64,000 bases of DNA, taken from Ascidiella aspersa (taxonomy: Eukaryota). Shown one piece after another: positions 1-13,600 of the stretch. The stretch is from contig OZ004607.1 of the NCBI GenBank assembly GCA_963924565.1, positions 37,138,001-37,202,000 of the forward strand. Direction: 5' to 3'. Under the pieces are notes generated by a model. The model had not been told where the DNA came from. It searched no databases and was given only the letters and a program-made list of their open reading frames with translations. The translations under genes and the position numbers were made by a program. Every line of letters begins with the position of its first letter. The stretch's first letter is position 1.

Positions 1-3000
1 TTAGCTCTTTACTTAGCGTATGAACGACACCGCTTTGTAACGCTTATGGTTACGTTTTAAAAACACATGTGCGAGTATTTATTGTGCCTTGCCGATGAAA
101 CATAAACTGGATTATTTTTCATTGATTGTGAAATATTATAGTTAATTCAAAACCACCGAGTCAAAACAGTCAAACTGTAAGGAATTAAATGAAACAAAAA
201 CAAAATAATGAATTTACAAAAAAAAATACTTGTGGAAATTTTCGAGCCAAAACGCTTACTCAAGAACAAGTAAATTATTTTCACAAAGATCACACTGCCA
301 TTTTAAATTCAGCGTTTTGCTGGGGAATCGAACCAGGGACCCTTAAATACATTGTTTTTGCTCTAAAAGGTAATTCTGTGTGTATGAGTCTACCGTCTTG
401 AAATAAAATGTGCCGCATAGCGCTTGTCGCATACCGCGTGTCGCCTGACGCTTAACGCTGGCGCGTGTCAATATTGACTCTTGTCTGGCGCGTCGATACG
501 CGATACACACGCATATGGGGGCGTCTGCAAATGCTCTGGCTTTTATGGGTTATTGACCAAAACCTTCTCTGGTCTATTAAAGTCAAAACGCGTCGTCACG
601 GCGTCAGCAAACCGGAAAGACCGCGCCTCTGGGTCTGTTGTTTTAAGTATAAATATGTATTTATTAGAGTGATCCATTTGCAGCGCTGTAAAAAACGCCT
701 GTAAAAGCGATCGCGACAAAGCAATGAACTAAATTCGCCCAATAAACATAAATATGCGCGGAGGCAGACGCCTGTGTATTGAGAGTGGTCTTAAAAAGCA
801 ATTGCGCCGAGTTAATCCTATTAGCTGTCGCTTTGCGGGAGAGCGGGCGAAAGCAATTCGGGGCAGCAGTTGCTTGTAATTATCGCGGCGCGGTGACACG
901 AAGCAATTACGCGCACATCGGGAATTCGCACTTTTTCCCCGAGGATTCGGCGCTTCGATTGCCGCAGACCGGACGACAGATTCCCGACATGCGACGTCGA
1001 TGATTAGATTAAACTGCGCCGCCGCTGATGGTTGTTCTTGGGGATGGGCGCTTAGGGAGCTTGCATTGAGAGCCATTAGCGGGCGCGCGTAGCCCTGGCG
1101 AAGTCAATTCGTCAATTAAGCGCGATAGATTGGATTCGATTGGCACTTAAGTGCAGTTTCGCGTCTTTTGTGAGGTCGGTTGGTTCGTGCTATGCAAGCT
1201 GCACAGTTTGGGGGCAAAATAACATGATTTAGGCGTAATTTGATAACTCTGGGGTGCAAAACTGCGGTGAAAACAAGTAAAAATGACTAAAAACTCTTGC
1301 GATAAATGCTACTGCCCTTCAAACAAAATTAGAAACTCAAATACTCCGGCCGACTTATTCGGAGTACTCAACCCGCTATTTGCGTAACTCGCGAAACTAA
1401 AAATCCCGATATTGTAGTTATTGTAGGAAAGTTCTAATTTATTTGGTCAAGCATTACAAAACTCAAAGCTGGACTTTGTCAACTTTCCAAACCGTAAAAC
1501 CCACGATTTTAGCGCGTTTTTTGTCGGTTTACGAAAAACTTTTTGAAAAATTCATTTCTAAGAGTCTAGTATTCCGACATTTCGACCGAATTGCAAAACC
1601 GTAAATACCCAACCAGTTTCCTCCAACAAATACCCTAATTTTAGCAGCAAACAAATTTGAATATCAAGGTTCAAGCATTCACAGACTCAAATCGACTAAT
1701 CGGAATTGGTGGAATTGCCGATATCTTGGTACGAACCCGCCCGCCCTGTGCACTGTATCGACCGACTTGTCGTGGCTTAAACCGTGACCTTGCCATGCTT
1801 TCAATGCACGAAGATCTGATGCTCCCACAAGAATTGACACGCATGCTTAATATGTACAAGCAAGCCGCTTGCCAAACACCGCCCTCCGAACATATGCCGA
1901 GAGCCGGGGTTGTGGATTCATCACGCATATCTTAGTAACGCGGGACGCCTTTAAACCGTTTAGCGAACTATTCTCTTGGGAGAGGATTTCACACCAAGAC
2001 ATTTCAGGCATCAGAGACCTATCGCTTTTGCCAGGGACGGATTATACGCCGCAAAAGAAGGAAAAAGTCTGTTAGTCCATAAAGCACATATTGGACCAAT
2101 GCATATTTCTCCATAAACGCATATTTAAGTTTCCACAACAATTTTGTTTTATAATTTTTATTACTTTGGGGTGACATTACCTACCAAATTGGTTAATTAT
2201 ATCACGCGCTGAATTTAGTTAAACACACGAACAGATGTGAATCAGCTCCTGCTTTATAAATCACGTATTAGTGAACAATTCAGTTATACACGCCATGTTT
2301 TTTTCCTATTGGCTGACAAAACTGACAGCACATGTTTACTTGAATTTTCGTCAAAACTTTAAGCTTCATTTACTTCTCAGTGTTGGAATGACTGAAGTCC
2401 ATTGTTTATGTTAACTACACTTAAGTTAGTGTTTTTAAATGACGTGATTTGATTAAAATCTTGACTTATGAACATTAGGCAACTGACTTGAATTAATCTA
2501 AATTGTTTTTATTTAAAGTACTCTTCATAAAAATGGAATTTTAGCTCAAATTTTAGATGTAAAAAATGCTTGGTGTTTGTTTCGATTTAGGTGTTTGTCA
2601 TATGCAAATTATTGCTTGGAAAAGATCAAATTTGATAACTTCAATAGTTTCACATTTATTTTATATGCAAATGACTTGACTCGAAACTGACTTTCTTTGT
2701 ATATTTAAAAAAAATGTGGAAAATGACCGGCGGGTCTTAGTTTGCCCAGGTCTGTTCAAAGGGAGATCGCAGTTTAACGCTTAAACCAGCTCACTATAAT
2801 TATAGCGTGGGGGTCACCAGCACATCCGCGGACTCCAGGCGAATCAACTTGCTCTGAGTACACAGCGATGCAACTTCGCAAAGGGTCAATATTTGCGCGA
2901 CTGGAACTTGCTGTTTGCCCGCCTTTGTGTGCTTAATACACGACTAACCTTTGCTGCCAACGGGGTTGGTCACGTAGGCTTATACGCAAGCAAGCTGCGA

Positions 3001-5419
3001 CCGCGAACAAGCATTCTAAGACCCCCTCTCATGTGAATACGAATGTTTGAACTAAGGCTGGGAGCAGTCCGTTTACGATAAAACACTGCCGCAGCCATTA
3101 TTGGTTCACATTGAAAATACGTTAAAGGATTTTTCGGAAATGATTTTTATAGCTTTCCAAATACCTGAAGTTGAATTGCTCGTTATGATTGGAATAAAAC
3201 AAAAACAACAAACGTTGACACACAATTTTGAAACAAATTCGTCATTTTAAGACTTTTCAGAGGAAACTATCTTGAAAAAAAAAAAGTAAAATTGAATCAC
3301 TCGGCGTTTTTTCTACTATAATTCTATAACAAAACAGTTGAACATTATAAATGCCATCGTAAAAACAATTGCAATTAGGTTAAATGTGGTTTATTACTGT
3401 AGGTTCTAAAAACCTAACTTAGGCCACTGAGTAATGTCAGCGACGGTTAAAAAAATATTTGGTAAAGCCTAGGGTTTTAAGACTTTTTTAAATGAAAATT
3501 ATCATGAATAACACAAGCTGAAAGACAGTTACTTGACATGGTTATCAACTATTTAAAACCGTATTTATTTTTAACATGTTACTCAAACAGAGTTAGCTGC
3601 TTTTTCTGGTTATATGTCCTTTCACATGATTTGTGCTCAAAGTATGCGTATTGACCGCAAAGTTTACAGCGTCGTTCCTTTGTTGTCCTTGGTGGATGTA
3701 AGCTCCTAATAAGGCCGTGTTTAATCGGCATTTGAACAGGGGCGAGGCGAGGTGTATACCGACTAGTAGATTCCGACAGCGTTATACAAACAAGACGCTC
3801 TTGCTCGAAGAACATTTACATTACGCCGGTTTAACTTGGCCACTTCAAAAGCGTACGAAAGGTCTGTTTTTTCTGTAGGTTTTGTGTCTTTGTGAAGAGC
3901 GGCCGATGGTAACTGGACGAAGAACTATAGGGGCCAAAACAAATCTATTTTAAGTGGTTCAATGTGAACTAATCAGATGTCTGAAAGTTAAAAAAAACGG
4001 GCTTTTTCAATACCATTTATAAGCTGTTCGAGGTCTGTAAAATGGCCTAAAACTAAAACGAAAGGTACCTGTGTGCTATTTTTAATGGGATAATTTATAC
4101 TGGTCATTACCTGGAAAAAATCACAGACAAGAAAGAGAGGTTGGTTAATCTTTTCAGGGTTGAAAGAAAGCGCAAGCCTGCTGTATTTTAAGTTAGCAAT
4201 TTGCTTTTAAAAATTTCAAATCCGCCCCTTCCAAACTATAGCTGTTTAAATCTAATGCGTAAGTCATGCTGCTTGTTTTTCCACAAAGAATTCGGGTGTT
4301 AAAATTGCAAAAGTCTAATTGAACCCTTAGGTTATCCTGAATACCAGTTTTAACTGGCCAGTAAAAAAATTGTGTTGTCGAAAAAATGGGCCTGGCCATT
4401 TTTTTGGATGAGTCTGAGTAAAGTAGACAAAGTCGTTAAAGAGTGCCTTCTGATTTCCAGATTTAGAATAATACAAATACGGCTACCAACAAAGAGTTAG
4501 CTAAGTCGTTGGCCATCAGGCGATCGCCCTTTGGTTTATGTGCTTATCGTTAAGCGACAGGGTCAACAACACTGCTTGTTCTGCAATATGTTGCGACATT
4601 CATGGCTGCCCCTGTAGTGTTTGCTCTACTGCTCAGTTTGTCGGCTGAAGTCCACCGATCTTCGATGGCTTGTCATGGCGCTATACAAACACAATAGGAA
4701 CGAAAATGACTGGCTTTTACACGAAAAAGAAAACGAGCTTTTACATTGCGTGGCATCACACTTTATTTCCGAGAGTTTACATTGTTCGAATTTCATTTAA
4801 GCTTTAGTCTGCCAAGCTTTAAATAATTCAATATTTTTAAGCGACATTGCTTGGTATCGAACTCTATTTTATGCCAGCTTCAAATTTTTAAACTACAAAT
4901 AATTCCATTTTTTAGTAGCATTTAAAAGAAAATGTAAACAAACGACGCAGCGTAATGTCAATATATATTTTGGTGGCCTTATTTGCAAACCAACCTAAGG
5001 TCTCACAATTTTTATGTCAAATCCCAGTCCAAATCACTGCCTGTCCCTTTGTCAAAATGACTAAGGGCCAAAAAAGACACCAAACCAAATGTATATTACA
5101 TATTATATACATAAAACGTTTCTGGCCGTATGTTACACGCATTTGCGCTAAAACACACCGCACTTCCGCAAGTGGGCGCAGTCGCTTAAAAAAACGAAGA
5201 GGAGGAGGAAAAATAGTGGGAGGAGCGAGGAGCAGATTGGGAGGAGTGTCTGTTGTGTTGTTGGCGGTTGGCGACGCGCGTAAATGCACAACAAGGGACA
5301 AGGCGGAATTATCCGTCCGTTAGCGGCGCGCCTTCTCAATTATTCAGCAGCAAATGAGAGCGCGAGTGCGACCGACGATGGTTCGGCACATCCGATGGAG
5401 TAAGAGGTGAACGGATGAA

Positions 5420-5515
5420 TTATTGATCGCTACCGCCGTTTTCGCCGTCGACGTTTTTTTTTCGATTTTTTCGTTTTGGCCGAAGGTTGCCGCTGGAGGC
5501 GTCCGTAAGGGACTT
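5420..5515 (-). CDS. Candidate alternative terminal exon of the Groucho/TLE gene (KSLTDASSGNLRPKRKNRKKNVDGENGGSDQ* in phase 0; EVPYGRLQRQPSAKTKKSKKKRRRRKRR* in phase 1)
   Basis: Acceptor aattttccag (weak). Basic NLS-like cluster followed by an acidic DGE..SD, reminiscent of the CcN region/AES C-terminus. UTR-like sequence follows, with AATAAA on the minus strand at 4767-4762. No transcript evidence. Confidence 0.4.
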   Translation of the reverse strand, partial: KSLTDASSGNLRPKRKNRKKNVDGENGGSDQ

Positions 5516-7610
5516 CTGGAAAATTCCTGGCGCGTGTTTTATTGCCACGCGGAAAGCTGTATGACTTAAGCCAGTGTTTCTCCACTCTTTTTCCGCGGCG
5601 GTCCCAAAACTGGGCATAAACTATAACAGCGAGCACCCAATTATCTTAAGTCAACGTTTTTAAGAAAATATGAAAATAAAATCAAGTATAAATTTGTTCA
5701 AGAAGAGAGCTAAACGTTTTTTTATAATTATTCTGTCTCTCAAAAAATAAATAACCATATTTTAAATTATGCACTAAGGTTTCAATTAGGCCCTCATAGA
5801 CGCACTGAAACTTGTCACGTACCGAAAGGAGTCCACAGACCCCAATTTAAGAACCTCTGTTTTATGTGTATAATTTCAAATGTCAGAAAACTGCTTAGTT
5901 TACACAATGGGCGTAAATATTAATTAAAAACGTGTCAGTTATGCACTCTTCGTTCGACGGATCGGCGAAACAAAAGCCAAGAGCTAGAATAGCAATTACA
6001 GTCGAATACGATCTGATGCATCTCGACAAGCCACTTTTTCATCGTCATTTAGGAAGAAGTCATCAAATTACAGCAAGCATATATCTACACACATCGGCAA
6101 TTTGCAGGGCGCACAGAAAGCGCCCGTTGTCAGCTTAAAAAACGACAGCAAACTGCGATACCGGGTCACGTCCACCAAAATTAGGCTCTTACGCATCACA
6201 GCGACAAGCCAAATAGCCCATCAGCCGGCACCGCCGCATGAATTAGTAATGCAGCATGCAAAAACACGCACCCCTCTTCCCCTATCAGCGAACCACCCAC
6301 GCGCGTTATCTTAGCACGGAGCAACGTCGTGAAGGGATATCATCGATTTTACACCGTTTGGCCGACGCTTAATATCAGATGAGGCGTCGAGACATAGGGG
6401 TAATTACTCCTTCTGGGGCTTCGGTACACACGCCTAATGGTGCTGGGTTTAGGGGGGTAAGGTGGTTGTCGATGTCAACGACGCCAATTTTAATCGACAT
6501 TGTCGCCCTGCGTGGTTTTCATTAAGGATCGTGATCTTACAGAGGGTCGATTATGTCTTGTCGCCACGCCATTGGGAGATGCACGGGCTTTTGACTAGCT
6601 ACTAGCTTATTAAACTGCAGACTTCCCACTATAAACACGTTCTGGTTAATTGTTGCTCTCATTAAGTGTGAATAATTTGAAATGGTTTCTAAAAATTAAT
6701 CTTAAATCTAGCTATAGTTTACCGACTTGGCGTTAAGTGGAGTTTTTGAAAAACAACTCAAAATTGTATAAATATGATGGAAACTTTAAAAAAATGTGGC
6801 TGATAATCTTTTTGTTTACTTAATTTGACAAAAACCGACACACCCGCCTATTTACAATCGTAAAATGCCTAATAAGCTTCTATATCTGGGAAACGAATTT
6901 TGTACAGATTTCTAAATTATTTTATTCTATAGAACATTGCAAAACTACCCTAATTAACTTGGTGTTTATTGAAATAAAAAGTCATTTACTTACGATAGAT
7001 ATAATAATTAATCGTAAAACGCTTATTTATGATAGTTGTAAAACTCTCCAAAAATTAGCTAACCAATTTGGATGTGGATTTTCTAAAAAAATTAAAAGTC
7101 TGTATAAATGATAGATACTTGAAAACATAAAAATTTTCGCTAGCTATAGGTGGAGTTCCTCAACAACTCAAAACTTATATATTTGTGTTTGTTAAATAAC
7201 GCAACATTAATTCAAGTAGCTTACTATTTGAATAGAGTTTACAACTTTTTTAATAAAGACAGTTACATTGAAAACCACTTCAAAATCACCTCAATAATCG
7301 CGCTTTCTTCAATTAAACTTGCAAGGCAGCCTCGTGCCAATCAAAACGCCGCATTCGCAGAACTCTAACAGTCGATATATAATTTCGTCGCATTAAATTC
7401 ACGGCATATGGCTTTTTGGCCTGTTAGTGCGTGTGGTATGAAAGGGGGTGTGTAGCCTGTCGCGCCGCCGTCTTAATAAATTATTTGATTTCTTGCGCAC
7501 CATCAAATATTCAGCAGCGGTGGGCCAAATACCCCAGGCATGGAGCTATAGGGCATTTCCACGCGCAAAAGATCGGGAGATGCGAAAAAGGCTTTTATGA
7601 GTGGGTAAAG

Positions 7611-7912
7611 CAGTGGTACCTAAACTTTTTTGGCTCGCAGCACACTAAAAAATCTTAACTATTTCGCGGCACACTTCCAAAACAACAATAAAGTAATTTT
7701 ACAATCGCCCTTTACACATGACAAACTGTATGTAAATGTATCGCAATTACTACTTGTAATGAATAGTGCGTATATAAGTCTAAAATGCTTGCGTATATGC
7801 CCATTTATGATGCAAATACTCTCTTTTCCGAAATTACAAAAAGTTTCGCGGCACACTTGACAATCTCTCGAGGCACACTAATGTGCCGCGGCACACACTT
7901 TGGGAATCACTG
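7611..7912. mobile_element. hAT (Charlie/Buster-type) MITE
   Basis: CAGTG...CACTG termini, repeated GCGGCACAC subterminal motifs, perfect 8-bp TSD GGGTAAAG. Confidence 0.88.
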
Positions 7913-10900
7913 GGGTAAAGGCTTCGGCTTTCGAGACCACTTTGCATAACGTGAAGCGTGAAAGCGCGGCGTGCATTAAAATTGATCGCTGAAGAGGCGG
8001 ACTTTTTGTTACGAAAAAAGCAATTTTGATTGCGAATACTTTAGAGCGATTTGTGCTTTATATTGAACATGTTATTTTAATCGCGGTCTGTTTTTGCACT
8101 GGGTAACAACATAGGCCCCAGAAGACTTTCCTTGGGAGTGAAAAGCTGTCTCACATTTAATGCAACATTTTCCCACACCTTTTAAACGGGCTCTACTTAA
8201 CCCTAATCCTAATGCTTTCAACCCCTTTTCTATTTTCTAACCCCACAAATTACCCACCACTAACCCCAAACAGGGCAAAACATCCGGTGCCAAGCAGTGG
8301 CGCCCTAACGTCCAATGCCAGGCCTGTGGTCCCCGATCGTCTCATACCCTTTACCTACAGTTTCAGGCGTTATTTTGTCTAGTTAGGCATTTTCTTGATA
8401 AATTTATTACTTATTCCGACGGCTTTATGTCCTATCAAATCTTATTCTACTTGACCTGGACTTCATTTTAAAACTACTGGTTTACAACACTGCAAATATT
8501 CGTATTAACCCGCTCGGATCAAGCGCCAAGGTCACAACCCGAAGGTAAATGTGGCAGGAAGTCGGTTAAAGGTTCAACCACATCTTTACCTTCAACCTCA
8601 TCACCTTACCACTGTTGTATGTCAAAATACCGCACACCTTTGACCACGTGGCCTTTTGTCGTGGCCTGCTGTTCGGTTGAGGTTTCGTTTTTTATTATTA
8701 TTATACGAGATAATTATTTTTATATGAGGCCTTTATGAATGTGAAAAAGGCACATTATATGCTCATAGGTCCTGATTGCAACCAATGTCCGTAAAATACA
8801 CGCTAGAAAGGAAACTAATCATCATCCTAAATCTACGAAACAAAAGTTTTTTTTAATATAAGATAATGATCTTGGAAAGGCATATTGAAATCTTCTATAA
8901 CGTTAAATCTTTAAAATTGGCAAACTGGTTCGTGTTTGATCAATTTCTCACCTAAAAATAAACAAAAACGCGATAATTGTCAAACAAATCGGTTTAGTGA
9001 AAAAATTTAAATAATTAGCCGGATTTTATCAAAAAATAAAAAAATACTTAATTTAAACCTAAGTTATTTGACAAAACGATTTAAGTCCAAGTCTAATTTA
9101 TTTGTCCAAAATTACTCTAGTCAAATCAAGTAATTTTACCCAAAAGACTTAAGTCAATTCATTTGTCCAAAAGACTTAAGTCAAGTCAAATCATTTTTCT
9201 CCAAAACACTCCAATCAAATCATATGAAAACAGTGACTTAAGTGCACTTAGGTCAAGTCGTTACCTTAAGGCATTACAACACTGCCACACACACAGTATT
9301 TGCCTTAACTCCCGCCAATGCATACTTCACGGCAATTAAACAACCTCGAACCCAAAAAACGATACTAAAGCAAAAACGCCCCAAATCGAATTTACAGCGG
9401 CCTAGACGAAGGGCGGATTGCGGCGGGCGACTTTACGGCTTCGCGGCAACAGTGCCTTGATCTTACCACTTGGGCCGCAAAGGCCAACCCACACCTCGCG
9501 TTTAGGTGCAACTCGAACCGGCAGCGGTCTGCGCCCAACGTCCTGTCAAAACTAATACGCATAGGCGCGAGACGCTTGGGAAGTGAAAGTGATTTTGGAG
9601 TTCTGTGTTTGAGCAAGGGCTTTGTAACTTAGCGCCGTTAGGGTTAAGGTGGGAGGAAAGTATATTGGATACTACAAAAAATATAGCGCGAAGATATTGC
9701 AACCACAACCCGATCGGTTATCTCATCAAATTCGACTGTTTTTATATCCAAATTATTCAATAACGGTACAGATTTAAAATGCAAATGTGAAAAAAAAAAG
9801 TTTGGGTTCCGTTATTTTATTTTCAGTTTCCTGCTCTAATTGTCCGTATTTTACGTTGGATTTATTTGCTAGAAGTTTAGTGGCAATGGCAATACTACTA
9901 ATTTATAGCGGTTCGTCGATCAATTTTCCAACAAAAAATGTTTATTATTATGCTTAAAAATGTTTTTAATCCTGCGTCCGTTTTTAGGTAAACCTACAAT
10001 TCCTCATGCAAAACCACATTTACAGCAAATGGTGATACAGCGTTGGCCTACATAAATTACTTTAGTTTCTATAATAACACGTGGAAATCAAGGGTATCGT
10101 GGTGTGATGCGGGGATATTGTAATAGAGCATAAGGCCTACAGCGCTCAGTGCTTGAAGATTATATTTCAAAGGCGACGTGTGAGTTCTTAAACACAGTTT
10201 CTCAACACATTTATAGAACTTGGTCAAAAACGCTGCGGTGGGTCTGACGAAGCGGAATAAACTGTGATACCATAGTATTATTCTGAAGGGTTCAGGTCTT
10301 ATTCCGATTTTCTGAATTTAAAATACAACTTGGGTTATTTGATTTGTAAAGGTTACTTCTAATAAAAAAATTACACTACAAAGGTGTTGTCAAAATCGTT
10401 TTTTTTTAGAAAAAAAGGCTTTTAAAGAAAATGGGGTCCTTGAGGTTAAAAAGTTTGAGAAACATTGACTAATGTGATTAAGATTTTCTGTTTACATGAT
10501 AAAGCACGGTGACTAAAGCTGAGCTACTGTAAAACTTGTGTATTAAATCGGCGTAACAGATGCAAATCAACAGGCAACAATTTTTTTTAAACGCATTCCG
10601 GGGCCAGCGACCATCGGTCGTCACAGGAAACATTGGCTTGTCATGTGAAAGTGCAATTCGCGATTAACTGACGTTTATCGGTCGAGTTTTGTGGTCGCCA
10701 AATGCTCACCTTGGCAGAAGTGCATTGCGTCAGAACCCGTCGCCAAGTGTTCCAAACATCTGGTTTGTAACGCTACAAGGTATTCCGCGGTTACTGGGTT
10801 TTGATTGAATTGCAAGACAAGCTGTATTACTTACGCGCGGACCTGTATAGGCTGGGAAAATTTGTTCGGGAAGGTTTTGTCGAAATCAGTCGACCCATTA

Positions 10901-11266
10901 AGGATTTCCACGCACGAAACGGCTTGAGATGGAAATGTCCGATAGTATCGGATCGGAGCCGATACCGGTGCCAAGTGGTAGGATTGATACCCGTCCGATA
11001 CCAGGGTGGTATCGGCATCGATCTAATGTCAAAATATTACAGGAAATTCAGCCATAATTCGCACAGCGATTTCTTTCTCGAAATGTAAATTTAACAAAAT
11101 AGAAGGCTAACAACTAAACTGCTTAACGCTTTAACGCCGATGCCCTAATAACCTTATTAAATAACCTTTTAACGTGGCAATTTAATATTTTGGCTTGTTT
11201 CAGCATTTCAATGACGTCATTCAAAGCCACAGATCTAACCAACGCCAAAGCACAATAATCAACAAC

Positions 11267-11753
11267 CAGTGGTGAAAGAAGAATGATATTTTACCGGAAC
11301 GCTTGGAAAATTTAAAAGATGACGTCACACCTAGAAGTAGAAAATAAGTAATCTTGGGAAATCTGAGGTTACAAATATGCAACTGAAATTCTGGTTAAAA
11401 TATATTCAAGGGTTTGCGGGATGGCCTGGTATATAAAATACCATTCTTTACCGCTGTGACCTAGCTCAGGGGTTCTTAAACTTTTTTTACCGCGGACCCC
11501 TAAACTTTTTTTGCCCCGCCATGGACCACGTTATGCCCCAAAATTCTAAAATGACGTTAAAAGTTTATGTAACAATACAAATGAAAAATTGATTACTTTC
11601 TAAATATACACTAACGTTTCAATTAGGCCTTCATGGACCCCCTAAAACTGTTCACGGACCCATAAGGGGTCCATGGACCCCAGTTTAAGAAACCCTGACC
11701 TAGCACAAAAAAGTTACTTTACCGGACGTTGTTCTTAATTACTTTCGCCACTG
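11267..11753. mobile_element. hAT MITE containing a nested second MITE
   Basis: TIRs CAGTGGYGAAAG; perfect 8-bp TSD TCAACAAC. Confidence 0.85.
11467..11697. mobile_element. hAT MITE family A (CAGGGGTTCTTAAACT termini), nested copy
   Basis: 16-bp TIRs (one mismatch); TSD ACCTAGCT/ACCTAGCA. Related copies or fragments near 5572-5858, 12735-12815, 13320-13405, 17800-17870, 22880-23120, 29525-29595 and 37435-37515. Confidence 0.88.
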
Positions 11754-12105
11754 TCAACAACAATCAAATCCTGCAGCCCTGTGATCAATCACAGTCAGAA
11801 GCACACACTCGTACACGAAGCCACAAGGTTTAGGATTACAGAAGCGCAATTCGCCGTATGACCAAGAACTCGTGCGCCTTAAATTTAATTAGGCGAAGAT
11901 CAGACGGGATTAGAGGATTATTGGAGCCGCAAAATCGTTTCATGTGGCTCCTAATAGCGCAAGCCTCCTTCAGTAATCTCAACATCCAATAGCGTCGATT
12001 ATACAAGAGTTGTGAGTATGTATGCGCGCGCAGGGACAGCCTAGAGTCCCAGAGGTGCGGTATTAGCCTGTCGTCGTTGATCTGTTGCTGTACAGGGACG
12101 CAGCG

Positions 12106-13600
12106 GAGGTCTGCCAGCTATTGAATGTCGCCCTCCGGGAAATGCTTATAGCTTTCGTCAAGTAAGACGACAACATCCTACTGGGGTTTCAACTAGAAAT
12201 AGACTATTATATCGGTTTAGTAAAAATATCGGCCGTTATTCCACTTCTACCGGTACATCACTCTCGTTAAATTTGGCCTGAGATTTTTTTTTATCTTTTT
12301 TTTCATTCTAGGAGAGCAAAGAATTTTCGAATTACTCTCCATTTTGAAAGGGAGAAGAAACATCCAATTTAAATTATACTCTTAAGACAGGGGTTCTTAA
12401 ACTGGGGTCCATGGACCTCTTGGGGGTCCGTAAACTAGTTTTAGGGGGTCCATGAAGGTATAATTAAAATATTAGTGTATATTTAAGAAGTAATCAGATT
12501 ATTAAAGAAAATAATTCAATGAAGAATAAAACGGTTTTGCACAGAATGTTTTTAAACTTCATTTCACTTTCACATTTTTGGACCAAAATCAGCCAATTTA
12601 TGAAGTCTATTTATATTATGACGTCAATTTATGACGTCATTTGTTAATTTTTTTGCCTACAGTGGTCAACGCGAGATTAAAGAAAATTTAAGGAGTCCGC
12701 GGTAAAAAAAGTTTAAGAACCCCTGCTCTGAGGTTTTAATTAGACCATCATGAACCCCCTTAAAATAGTCCACATAACCCCAAAGGGTAAACTGACCCCA
12801 GTTTAAGAACCCCCGGTTTACGTAAACAACTTAAAAATCTCTAGTTACCATTGTAAAATAACGCTTTCCACATAATTTAAGTCATTTTTGTTTAACCAGC
12901 ACACATCAGTCTTGTTAAAAAAATCACTTAAAAATTAATTTCCAGCCAAGCTATTAGCAAAACAACTTACGAGAGTCGGTTTAAAGTTTGCCATGTCAGT
13001 TCTATATTTTAAAATTACCGAAAGGCGCCGCATTTTTTGCCAAGCTGAAGTATGAAGCAACTGAGGTCAGCCAGCTATTGAATGTCGCCCTCCGGGAAAT
13101 GCTTATAGCTTTCGTCAAGTAAGACGACAACATCCTACTGGGGTTTAAACTAGAGAGACTATTATATCGGTTTAGTGACAATATCGGCCGTTATTCCACT
13201 TCTACCGATATATAGGATTAAGAAAAAAAAAATCGGTTATCGGTATTGGAAAGGAATGAAGTAGTCAAGTTTTATTTTTTGAAAAAAATCATTCCATTTT
13301 AAACTATACACCAAGACTAAGATTTTAATTAGACTTCCATGGTCCTCCTAAAACTAGTCCACGTAACTCCAAGGGGTCCACGGACCCAGTTTAATATTAA
13401 CCCTGGTAAAAGAACGCTTTCTTATATTTTTTGTCATTTTTGCACGCCTAGCCAGCATATAGTGTTGTAATTAAGTCACTTTTAAATGATTTAATTTCAA
13501 TTAAGCCAAGTTAATCGCAAAACAACTAAAAAAGTGCATATAAAGTTAGCAATTTCATTTTCTATCGATGTACTTTTGCCAAGGTAAAAATCAAGTTAAT
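12106..13600. repeat. Local tandem duplication, offset 957 bp
   Basis: 12113-12189 is identical to 13070-13146. High similarity continues to about 12252/13207; weaker similarity links 12735-13000 and 13322-13570. Confidence 0.88.
12388..12725. mobile_element. hAT MITE family A, inverted copy
   Basis: Perfect TIRs CAGGGGTTCTTAAACT / AGTTTAAGAACCCCTG; ends are the reverse complement of 11467-11697; no clear TSD. Confidence 0.85.

Noticed and set aside
8195-8320. TAACCC-like runs as interstitial telomere
   Set aside because: Only a few degenerate units; more likely a fragment of an unclassified repeat.
9467-9542. 76-nt minus-strand AG...GT segment as Groucho exon 9
   Set aside because: Translation (DVGRRPLPVRVAPKREVW...) has no resemblance to the CcN region; such site pairs are common in long introns.
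11245-11280. LVVD peptide on the minus strand, resembling the CcN motif LVVDV
   Set aside because: It spans the TSD and terminus of a MITE, and lacks the acidic context and splice sites.
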